A stretch of DNA of 64,000 nt from Felis catus (lineage: Eukaryota): NCBI RefSeq assembly GCF_018350175.1, contig NC_058368.1, forward strand, positions 187,736,001 through 187,800,000, read 5' to 3'. This document shows, in pieces, positions 12,361-23,099 of this stretch (the first letter of the stretch is position 1; each line of letters opens with the position of its first letter). The translations under genes and the position numbers were made by a program. Under the pieces are notes generated by a model that saw nothing but the letters and a program-made list of their open reading frames with translations, did no database searches and was not told where the DNA came from.

Positions 12361-13334
12361 CTGAAAGAAGCAGCGGGAACAGAGGGAGTCAGTGCAGGGG
12401 TCGCTAAGTGACATGGGGCACAGCTGGAGGAGGACTGGCCTCAGTCCCAGCCCTGGGTAGAAGTGAGCGGTTGCACCACTCCTCTGAACTTCAGTTTCCC
12501 AATTTGTTACACAAGTCACTGTGCAGACTCAATGTGGCGAAAGTGCTAAACAGATGTCAGGGCTGATGTGGCTCTTTGTAGTATAACCTTCCACCTGTCT
12601 GTTCATTGAAGTTCACCCACTTCAGGCACTTGCCTTGCATTATCCTATTTAATCCTCCCAACAATGGTGTAGGGTTGTGCCCATTGTACAGATGGGAAAA
12701 CTGAAGTCTAGAGGAGTCAAGTAAGCCCTCTAAGATCAAGAGGCCACAGCCTCTGCACACACAGCATTTACGGGGCACCTGTGTTCAGTGATGGGAAGAT
12801 AGGGTCCCTGCCCCCAAGAAAGTGTAAGATTCCTTGAGAGAGGCAGGTGAGCGGATGCTGTTCCGTGACGGCCCACTGTGTGCTGTGTCCTGGGCTTGAG
12901 GCCATCAGGGACCCAACATCGTGGGGCACGTACATATCACCAATTGGTCCTGAGACCCAACAGAGGAGGCTGCCTTCTCACGGGAAGTGGGCAGGTGGCA
13001 AATGGAGTTTGTCAAGGGCAGCAGTGTGAAGTGATGTGTGATTTGTACATGGAGCAGGATGGAGCAGAGGGGGAGCTGCAAGCAGGAAGGAGGCTGGGAC
13101 TTGGTCTAGAGCCATGGTGAGAACATGGCAAGCGTTGCTGATGGTGGCCTGGAGGGGGAGGACGGATGCCCACCTAATGCACTCCCTGCTGGTGGAGGAC
13201 AGAGAAGTCCAGGATGATCCTAGCCTCTGGAAATGGGAGATGTGCCCCCCAAGACAGCTTCTCTGTGGTGCTTGGTCTGTGTGCATGTGCATTTGTGTGT
13301 GTGCATGCCAGTGCCCTGGTGCATACATGCATAT

Positions 13335-13338
<4 letters not shown>

Positions 13339-13370
<32 letters not shown>
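13339..13370. repeat. (GT)16 microsatellite in FABP6 intron 3
   Basis: Perfect dinucleotide run. Confidence 0.95.
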
Positions 13371-13372
<2 letters not shown>

Positions 13373-14752
13373 ACATGTGACACCCTGATCTCTGAGCACT
13401 GCTCACACCACACAGGCTCCATGGTCAGGAGACCTTAGGAATCAGGAGACAGGTTTGTTCAGTTTGGGAAGATCGATCCTCTTGTTGGGCACAAACCTGC
13501 TTCTGGGTCTCCTGCCCTGGGTTCTCCCCACACACCTCACAGTTTGGGGAGCTTTGCTTCTGGGAGTCAGAACCCGCTGGCTGACACTTAATGTAAAAAT
13601 GTGTCCAAAGCTTTTACCAGATTCTCTAAGAGATCAATTTCCATCCAGGAAAAAATGGATAATCACTTTTGATCTTTTATATATTTTTTAAAACACTGGG
13701 CATATTTTTCATTTTTAGATTAAAAAAAAAAATTAGAGACCCACCAGCCTGGGAAGAGCTGGCAGAGACCTAGTCTAGAAGTCAGCCAGTGGAATCTGCC
13801 TCCAGCACAAACTAGCTGTGTGGCTTTGGACAAGTTACCTGTTGTCTCTGAACCTCTATGGCCAGTCTGTAAAATGGGAATAATGAGAGGTCATTGAGTC
13901 TCTTGGGCCTCTAGACTGGGTTTGAGATGAAGAAAACAAGGGAGAGAGAGAGAAAGAAAGAGAAAGAGGAGAAGGGGGCAACACGGAGGTGGCAAACCCT
14001 ACCTCCCTCATCACCTCCCTTCTGGAGAGCCTTGGGGAGGGTAGACTGGACCCCAGGGAGCTCTGGCCCAAGACATAGGATCACAAGGTGGGGAATGAAG
14101 TGTGGAAATGCCTGCCTTTTGCTTTTAATTTCACATCTATTTCTTTCACCTGGGGAAAATTCTGGAACCCCGGAAGAAGTAATGGGCCTCCAATCTGTGT
14201 TTACAGAGCACCAAGTGTGGGAAGGGGCCATCCACAGATGTGTGTGTTAGCCCTGCCTGCATTTTTTAAAAGGATTAATTCAATGCCAATGTTTAATAGT
14301 CTGGAAGTGCAAATTTCCAGCTTCTCTTGAAAAATCAGAAGGTCTAGCAGAAGGGCCTACAGGACGTGGAGCAGTATAGTGGCTGCCCTTGCAGGGCCCA
14401 CCCAGACTCCCCCCTTCACCTAAACTCTGGGCTTCCACACTTGTGCCCCGGCAGTGGCAGAACCAGACTGCCAAGCGTCAATTCCCAGGACTGTCGTAGA
14501 AGCTAGGTGCCCTCCAGCTCACCGCTTAGCTCCCGGTGCTTCAGTCCCCTCACCTGGAAGATGGAGATAGAAACCCCCCCAACAGGTTGCTCTGAAGATC
14601 AAACCAGATGACCTACACCAGGTGCTCAGCACAGAGCCTAGCACACAAGACATGCTCACAGAGCCAGGACCCAGAGGCCCGGCTCTCAGGGGCCATGGCT
14701 GGAGGCAGAAGAGTGTTCTCATCATTATCCCAGGAACGAGCAGGACACTCAC

Positions 14753-14842
14753 CTCCACCAGCTTGTCACCCACGATCTCCGAGGTCTGGTGATAGTTAGG
14801 GAAGTCTGCCACTATCTTCCCACCCTCCATCTGCACGGTGGC
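14753..14842 (-). CDS. FABP6: FABP6 exon 3 ([30 protein letters not shown])
   Basis: Acceptor ctcccag|GCC and donor GAG|gtgagt; 90 nt. Confidence 0.97.
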
Positions 14843-16121
14843 CTGGGAGGGAAGCATAACACTGAGCCTGAGTTGGCAGACACCCCCAAATGCAGGCCAG
14901 CCCCCCAGGGAGGAAGGGCTACCTACAGCCATCACAGCCCCCTCTGGCATTGTTTGCCTTGTAGATAGACATACGATGACCTATGTCCGAAGATACGGGT
15001 AACAAGCAGGAGTCGCTCAACCTTGCTGTGCCTCAGTTTTCTCCCTTCTAAAGTGGGGGTAGTAACTGGACCTACTTCAGAGTTATTACTAAACAATTTC
15101 ATATGACATGTGTAAAGTGCTTGGCACGGTGCCTGGCACATGCTGAGCACACCTTGTTAGCCACGGAGTTAGTTACGATCCTCACTGATAGGACAACGAT
15201 GATGTCAGCCAAGGATGTGGGTGCAGCTTCGTCTGTAATTGTAAACAACCTAAATATCTAGTCTGGACTGTCCACTGGTAAGTAACCTAAATATCTTATC
15301 AACGAGGGAGTGTTAGATGAATGGTAGGCTTTCCATACTACAAGATACTATGCAAGCATTAAAAAGAATAAGGCAAATCAGTATGTGCTGACTCAGAAAG
15401 ACATCATGAGAAATGGTTGAATTTTTTTAAATACACAAGTGACAGAACATGAACGTTATGACTACTTCTCCACTGGGGCAGCCTAAGGGGCAAAGTACAC
15501 ACGGTCATGACGGGGGCTATAGAGAGAGGGGACCCAGAATGCACGGAAGACCTGAGGGACCAGGCTGGGTCGGATGAGGACAGTCACCTTTTACTTCTTT
15601 CTTATGTAAGATTGTGGTTTCAAACCCACATGAGTCTGATTCTAGGGTTGTCAATCTCTAGGCTACGTTGGAAGGCAGCATGAAAAAATGGTTATGCTCT
15701 CTGAAGCCAGACTGCCTGGGTGTGAAGGTGCACCCATGCTGTGCAACCGGGGCAAGAGGGCAAGCTGTTTAACCCCATGGCTCAGCCTAACTCCCTCATC
15801 TGTAAAATGGGATAGTAATTGTAGCAACTTTGTAGGCCTAACTGCATTAACATATGTGAAGTATTCAGCAGGTGTCTGGGATATATTAAGTGCTTGGCAC
15901 ATGTTAACAATTTTTAACAATTTCGTTACAGTGTCTGTTATGGGGGTAGCATTAAAAACCAGGAGTGGTTAAGTTGCCAAGTAACACAAGTGCTTAGGGG
16001 TTGGAGGCTAGACTTGAGAACAGAGCCTCAGCTTGGGATATAGCCCCAGGGGACACGCTTGAGACCAAGAAGTTAGCCAGAGGCTTGAGGAAGGAGGGAA
16101 TGGCGGCCAGTGGCCTCTCAC

Positions 16122-16297
16122 CTTGAACTTCTTGCCCCCCACAGTCTCCATGTCACATTCTTTGCCGATGGTGAACTTGTTGGTCATGGAGTGGCCGCTC
16201 GGGTAGTGCTGGGACCAGATGAAATTCTGCCCGTCCTGCTGCACCTCCGTGACAATCTTGAAGTTTCGGCCCTTTTCGATAACATCGCTGGGGAGCC
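16122..16297 (-). CDS. FABP6: FABP6 exon 2 ([58 protein letters not shown])
   Basis: Acceptor gccag|GG and donor AAG|gtgaga; 176 nt. Confidence 0.97.
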
Positions 16298-17500
16298 CTG
16301 GCCCAGGGACAAGTAGAGCAGCTGTGTAAGAGCTTTTACAGCTTGTGGCTTTGAGAGAGGGCTTTCCTCCCTAGTGGCAGGCTAGCGCAATGGTTAAGAA
16401 CACAGATCCTAGTTCTACCATGAACCATGAGCTTGGATGAGTCAGTCACTACCTCTCTGAGCCTCAGTGTTTCCATCGACAAAGTGGGGATAATAAGGCC
16501 CATTTCACAGGGCTGTTGCAAGGTTGAAATCAAAGTGATAGTGTCTTTTAAAACTTCTGGCATATAATTGACAATAAATAACAGCTGCTCTTCTGATAGT
16601 ACCGTAGCATACACAGACTGCCAAGCTCACAAAGTCCTTGAACGAATGGGACCACCAACACCGTCTCCTAAGGCTCTTACTTCACAGATTAGACGATGAA
16701 GACCTGGACCAGGAAAGGGGCTTCTCAGCATCTCAGTGGAGGCTAGCAGCAGAATCAGGTCTAGCATTCAGACTGGCTCCCTTCCATTCCACATGAGACT
16801 GTTGTAGGGGAAGCCAGGCACCGATCCTTCAGGGCCACTCGCAATAATTGACCCAGAAGGACTCTTGTCTCCCTTGTGCCCTGCTCTCAGGGCCTCTCTG
16901 GCCACTGGGAGGTAGGGCAGAGATCCCCCGGGGCTGTCTCTTGACTCGTGACAATGGCGCTGCCTCAGACTTAGATAGTGCACCAAGACCTCTGCAGGAT
17001 TGTCAGGACCGCTGTCCTATGGGTTCCTCACACCCAGTGCCACAAATGGAGTGGTGAGAGGAGTGGCATCTTTGATCTCTTCCCATAGTTCCTAGCCCAG
17101 GAAGAGAGGCCCGTGTTTGTTGAATGGCCAAGTGAATGCATGGCTTTTCAAGCCTGGTCTCTATACTGACCTTTTGGATACCTCTCCCCAGGCAGGATGT
17201 GGTGGTCCCCCTCATCATCTCATCATAGGGCCCTGGGTTCTAATGATCTCTGTCCCTAATTTACAGTGTGACCTTGAGGCACCCCATCAGTAGCATCAGG
17301 CTGGCCCTTGCATATAGCAGGTGTTCAGTATACATTTGAATGAATGAATAAACCAATCAGGTCTCCACCTCACTAACTACTGGCTATGTGACCTTCGACT
17401 AGTCACTCCACTCCTCTGGGCCTCAAAGAGTTTGGGTTCCTGGCCCCAAGCTGGCTGTGACAGACCAGCCCTGGGAAGGGGTACTCATGCACTCACTCAC

Positions 17501-17567
17501 CAAGACGCTTCATGAACTCGTCATAATTCTTCTCACTCTCGATCTCGTACTTGCCGCTGAAGGCCAT
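17501..17567 (-). CDS. FABP6: FABP6 coding exon 1 (MAFSGKYEIESEKNYDEFMKRL-G); ileal bile acid-binding protein
   Basis: ATG at 17567-17565 and donor G|gtgagt; 67 nt. Exons total 67+176+90+54=387 nt = 128 aa + stop, with the four-exon structure and N-terminal GxY/W signature of the FABP family. Confidence 0.97.
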
Positions 17568-17645
17568 TCTGCTGGAGAGCTGGAGGGCAGACGGCAGGGG
17601 GATGAGGGAGAATGGTTGTGGTGCTGAGGGGCCTGGTACCCCAGC

Positions 17646-17652
17646 TTATAAA
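17646..17652 (-). promoter_or_regulatory. FABP6 TATA box (TTTATAA)
   Basis: ~80 nt upstream of the ATG, implying a TSS near 17620. Confidence 0.8.
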
Positions 17653-17682
17653 CTCTTCCACATGCTGGGGCTCGGCCCCTAA

Positions 17683-17692
17683 GTCACCCCAC
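17683..17692 (+). promoter_or_regulatory. Sterol regulatory element (GTCACCCCAC)
   Basis: 9/10 match to the SRE-1 consensus ATCACCCCAC, about -63 to -72 from the inferred TSS; SREBP regulation of this gene is established. Confidence 0.7.
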
Positions 17693-17768
17693 CTCTCCCT
17701 CCAGCCCCTGAAGAGGAAGCACTTGCCACTTTACAACGTGGGCAGGACCTAAGAGGAGCAGAGCCCTG

Positions 17769-17781
17769 AGGTTAGTCACCC
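17769..17781 (-). promoter_or_regulatory. FXR/RXR bile-acid response element, IR-1 (GGGTGA-c-TAACCT)
   Basis: Inverted repeat of nuclear-receptor half-sites spaced by 1 nt, about -150 to -160 from the inferred TSS; FABP6 is a classic FXR target through such an element. Confidence 0.9.
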
Positions 17782-18230
17782 TGGGGAAGAGCTGGCTGTA
17801 AGCCCACTGCCGCTCCCAGCAAGGACGAGGGCAATGCCGTGGCCTTTGAGGCCTCATCCGCCACTGCCATCCCACCCTCAAAACTTCCTCCTTGCTCTGC
17901 CCTCCAGCCACACTCTCGTCACCCCTTATTTACTCGTTCACCCTCTCATGCATCGACCAAAGTGCACCAAGCACCTCCTGCATGCGGGGCTGGCGCTGAG
18001 GAAACACAGATCCATGAGACATATACCCTTTCCCAAAGAGCTCCGTGTCTAGTCCTGAGACGAAACACCTGCCTGCAGAGAACCCTCAGCAGGCAGCATG
18101 TTATTCCTGAGACAGATGCAGATGTGTGGCCTGGGGCTCCAGGAAGGAGTGAGCTCTGCAGCTGGGGTCTGGTGCATGTTTGTGTAGATGGCAATGCTGG
18201 TCCAGAAGGAACAATAGGATTTGGATGTTT

Positions 18231-18474
18231 ATTTTCTTTTTCTCTTTTATTTATTTTTTTTAATGTTTATTTTTGAGAGAGAGAGAAACAGACAGAGTGC
18301 GAGCGGGGGAGGGGCAGAGAGAGATTGGGAGACACAGAATCCGAGGCCGGCTCCAGGGAGCGCTCAGCACAGAACCCAATGCGGGGCTCAAACTCACGAA
18401 CTGTGAAATCAAGACCTGAGCTGAAGTCCAACTAATGCTTAACTGCTTAACTGACTGAGCCACCCAGGCACCCC
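18231..18474 (-). mobile_element. Can-SINE
   Basis: Reverse head gagccacccaggcacccc; TSD ggatttggat(g/a)ttt on both sides. Confidence 0.9.
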
Positions 18475-18715
18475 ATGGATTTGGATATTTAAAGAAACAG
18501 GAGGGCTGGAGAACACAGGGCGATGCTATTCTAGGATGAGCAGAAGCCTTCAGCTCTTCTCTGTTTCCTCTCTCATCCTTGCTTTCTTTCTTACTGACCC
18601 TAAGTATAGCACATAAATAATAGCCATGATCACCATGTAAATACAAGATTCCATTCTGTTTTTCTTTGCTCAGCATTAGTTTGTAAACACAGTCCCATGT
18701 TTCTATAAAGCTGCC

Positions 18716-18910
18716 TTTTTTTTTTTTTTAAGTTTATTTACTCTGAGAGAGAGAGAATGAGCAGAGGAGGAGCAGAGAGAGAGGGAGAGAGGATCTGAAG
18801 CAGGCTCTGTGCTAACAGCAGAGAGCCTGACATGGGATGTAACCCACGAACAGTGAGATCATGACCTGAGCCAAAGTCAGACACTTAACCAACTGAGCCA
18901 CCCAGGCACA
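18716..18910 (-). mobile_element. Can-SINE
   Basis: Poly-T, (GA)n, reverse head ctgagccacccaggca. Confidence 0.9.
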
Positions 18911-19360
18911 CCCCCCCCCCTTCATATGATTTTTTTAAAAAGCATCTCCTTAATCAGAAGCCCCAGGATGGGATTCCAAAATTATGGGATCTGGAATATT
19001 CTTATAACTCTTAACATGTTTAGCCAAGTTGGGACTGTATTGGTTTGACATCCAGCTTGTCTGGGTGCTGAATTTCTTGGGACGCAGAGTTTAGACCATC
19101 TTTGGCACTTTCCCCAAACATACCGTCCCCCAACATCTCAAACTATGTCATCTTGATAATCTATTTCTTTTCTTTTTAATAAACTTTATGGTGTAAAGGG
19201 CTTTTAATTTTCTGATTATAAAAGTAGTCGATGTTCACAGTAGAAAAACTGGGAGGAACAAAGGACAAATAAACTAAAAACTACCTAAATCCCACCAAAG
19301 GGCCTTATTTTTCAATTGTAAAATTAATACATACTCGTTGTTTAGAAAGACAAACACTCA

Positions 19361-19596
19361 GGGGCACCTGTGTGGCTCAGTTGGTTAAATGTCTGACTCT
19401 TGATTTCAGCTCAGGTCATGACCTCACCGTTGGTGAGATTGAGCCCTGTGTCAGNNNNNNNNNNNNNNNNNNNNNNNNNNNNNNNNNNNNNNNNNNNNNN
19501 NNNNNNNNNNNNNNNNNNNNNNNNNNNNNNNNNNNNNNNNNNNNNNNNNNNNNNNNNNNNNNNNNNNNNNNNNNNNNNNNNNNAACATTTAAAAAA
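19361..19596 (+). mobile_element. Can-SINE spanning an assembly gap (N at 19455-19583)
   Basis: SINE head before the gap and A-rich tail after it; aaagaca..ctca-like TSD on both sides. Confidence 0.85.
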
Positions 19597-19834
19597 GACA
19601 CTCAGAAACTTTGTAAAGTAAAAGTGAAAGTCCCACATCCCACTATATCTCATTTTCAAGAATCAGTTGCTGTTAAGTTCAGAATATATAGCCTTCTAGA
19701 CATTTCCCACATGCATACAAATATATTTTCTTTTTAACAAAAATGAAATCCCATGATACTGTTGTATCTTGATTTTTTTCCATGGGCATTAATGGATCTT
19801 ATTTCTTCATGGAAACTGAAAAATATCCTATTCA

Positions 19835-20052
19835 TTTTTTTAAAAGTGTTTTATGTTTATTTATTTTTTGAGAGACAGAAAGAGACCAAGCTGGGGAGGG
19901 GCAAGGAGAGAGGGAGAGAGAAATCCCAAGTAGGCTATGTGCTGTCAGCACACATCCTGATGCAGGGCTCAAACTCACGAACTGTGAGATCATGACCTGA
20001 GCCAAAACCAAGAGTCGGATGCTTAACCGACTGAGCCACCCAGGTGCGCCCC
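19835..20052 (-). mobile_element. Can-SINE
   Basis: Reverse head gactgagccacccaggtgcgcccc; attcatt flanks. Confidence 0.9.
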
Positions 20053-21264
20053 CATTCATTATTAAGTGACATTCCAAATGGATAAATCAACTAAGAGTAT
20101 ATTATGTCACCTGGTCTAGGCATGGGAAAACATGGAGCAATTGCCATCTCTCATAAACCTTGGAGGAAAATAATTTCACCGCAGTAACTGGCATGTAAGT
20201 TAGGTAGAAGGTGACAGCTGACAGGCAAGCTAGGAAGGCTTAGGGGATGGCGTATAGTCTCCTGGATTCCTCTGAGGTCTCTAGTCTTGGAGGAGGTGTG
20301 TACTTTGCAGAGTTCCACCTTCGTGCCTTGGCCTGCCTGGACTGACTGCTCACCTTTCATCTGTCTTTCCAAATTCTAACTGTCCTTCCAACTCTGCTTC
20401 CTCTAGGGATCCTTCCCTGATTCCTCCAACCTATAGAATGTCTCTTGCAGGAATCCCCATAGTGTGTACCATCTGCTTGTAATGGCTCACGGGGAGACCT
20501 GGACTTTACAGTCATATGCATTAGTCTTCATGTATTAGCTCAGAGACTTCAGACACACTGCTTTCATTCACTCAGCAGACATTAGCTGAGCACCTAGTGT
20601 GTACTAGACTCTGGAACTGCCAAGTATCTGCCCTCAAGTCTCATGGGGGACTCAGGCTAGAAAACAGGGAGTTACAACCCAGCGTGATAAATGAGATAAA
20701 GACCATAACATGGGGATATCGTAGAAAATAGAGATGTGAGCCTGACCACCTCCTAAGGATCAGGAAAAGCTGATCTGAGAAGAATTGACCAATAAGCCAA
20801 AACTTCAACTTACTCATTATTAAATGGGGATTTTAAAAAAGCCATCTTCCAGAGTTTTAATGAAATTAAATGAGTACATAAATAAGATGCTTAGCACAGG
20901 ATCTAGTATTTCATAAGGTTGAATGATACTGTTATGCCCACTCATTGGCAATTTGTCCAGCCTTTTGAATTTGCTTGTTGTTTTGAATTAATATTTATTT
21001 ATTGTAGCATTAACTTAATTCTTCACAAAGCATGTCTTTTATGGCCCAATTAGATTGTAATCCCTTCAAGTATAGAAGCTGCACTTCATACTTCCTTGTG
21101 AATGTGTACGTGAGAGACACTGGAATACCACTGATTTCATTTTATTTGTTCAGACCAGTCTGCAATAGGCTGTGAGGTTGTGTTCTGTACAGTGTGGTCC
21201 TCATCATACACTGCTAAGGGTGTGGGAGAAGAAGACTTGTGAAAAATAGAAATTCCTGGGCTCT

Positions 21265-21498
21265 CCGGTGCCTGGGTGGCTCAGTCAGTTAAAATGTACG
21301 ACTCTTGACTTTGGCTCAGGTCATGATCTTAGGGTTCATGAGATCAGTACCACATTGGGCTCTGTACTGACAGTGCAGAACCTGCTTGGGATTCTCTCTC
21401 TCCCTCTCTCTCTGCCCCGCCCCTGCTTGTTTCTCTCTCGTGCGCGCACACTCTCTCGCTCTCTCTCTCAAAATAAATAAATAAACTTTTTTTTTTAA
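21265..21498 (+). mobile_element. Can-SINE inserted in a MER5A-like remnant
   Basis: TSD agaaattcctgggctct at 21248-21264 and 21499-21515; followed by gggccctggaatctgcattt. Confidence 0.9.
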
Positions 21499-22623
21499 AG
21501 AAATTCCTGGGCTCTGACCCCCAGAAGTTCTGACTTCGTAGGTCTGGGTGGGGCCCTGGAATCTGCATTTGACACACCCCCAGTGGTTGTGCTGCGCAGT
21601 TACCCTGAGGAGCTCTAGGCCAGGGGATGTGGGCAGGATGGACCAGACAGCCTCTCCAGGGCCCTCCAGCTTCCTTTCCCATTGACTTCCTTCTGCATGG
21701 TCAAAACTGTTTTCTCCTAAATAGCATCAAGGTCAGGACGGGTGAGGCAGGGGTGTGTGGGAAAGAACAACACTGTCACCCGGATGCCTGACTCAGCTAT
21801 GCTCCTCCTCTCCCCTTCACTGGAGTTTATGTGTGCATCTGACCCTCACCCCTTCTCCACCTGCGCCCTGCCTCTTTTCCTCTTCAGCTGGGGTTCACGT
21901 ATTTGTTCAGACACTCACTGAGAACTTTCCAAGAGGGGTAAATGAACTCAAACTGCCTCCATATCTCAGTAAGTTTTTATGGGGCAATTGAACTAACAGA
22001 GAGAGACTCTACCCCAATGGAGATCAAGTAGGACTCCAAGGCCAATCCCCTGGGCCACTCCAACTTCCCACCTGCACTCTGGCTCCTACCTCAAATCAGC
22101 CACCATTATTCTGAGAGTAGCTAGCCTAGAGAGTGGGAAATGCAGATGCTTTAGTCCATGGTTGGAGCAGTAGCCTTCCTCCTAACCCCCCCCCCACCTC
22201 AGAACCTTCCAGTGCCTTGCATGGAATAAGTTACACATTCAGGGTTACACATTCCTTAATCAAACCTCCTTCCTCTTCTTTCCTCAACCAAAAATCTGAA
22301 GTGCTTCTTGGGGTTCATCCTAGAGTGTCAAGGCTAAATAGGATCTCTGAGGGCAATTTATTCCATGATGATTCTCCCAGCTCTCCTCTCAGGACTCAGC
22401 ATTCCCTTGGAGCTCCCAGTCAGTACTTTGTTTACCCACAGTTGGAAGCAGAAGAGATGGAGACTCTGAGGCCAGAAGGCCTGGGTCTGAATCCCAGATC
22501 TGCCATTCACCGGCTGTGTGACCTTGGGCAAGTCATGTATCTTCCTGTATTTTTGTTTTCCCATGAGTTAATTAAATAAGTTAATCTCTGGAAAGCATTT
22601 TCTGCAGAGCCTGGCACAGACTA

Positions 22624-23099
22624 CAGACATACTTCGTTTTGTTGCACTTTGCTTTATTGTGTTTTGCAGATACTGCATTTTTTACAAATTGAAGGTCAGG
22701 GCAACCCCAAGTCAAGCAAGTCTACCGGCCCCATTTTTCCAACAGCACTTGCTTACTTTGGGTCTCTGTCACATTTTGGTAATTCTAGCAATGTTTCAAA
22801 CTTTTTCATTACCATTGTATTTCTGATGGTGAGCTGTGATCAGTAATTATGACTGGAAGCCCAGACGATGGTTAGAATTTTTAGCAATAAAACGTTTTAT
22901 CATTAGGGTATGTACATTGTTGTTTTTTTTTTTTTTTCAGACATAGTGCTATTGCACACTTAATAGACTAGAGCACGGTGTAAATATAACTTCTATATGT
23001 GCTAGGAAACCAAAAACTTAATTTGACTCACTTTGTTTTGATATTCGCTTTATTGCAGTGGTCTGGGACTGAACCCACAACATCTCTAAGAGTTGCCTG
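22624..23099. mobile_element. Tigger1-derived internally deleted DNA transposon, nested in a MIR
   Basis: TA|cagacatacttcg...agttgcctg|TA termini with TA duplication; Tigger1 subterminal motifs gctttattg and ttttttacaaattgaagg; MIR sequence on both sides. Confidence 0.85.
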
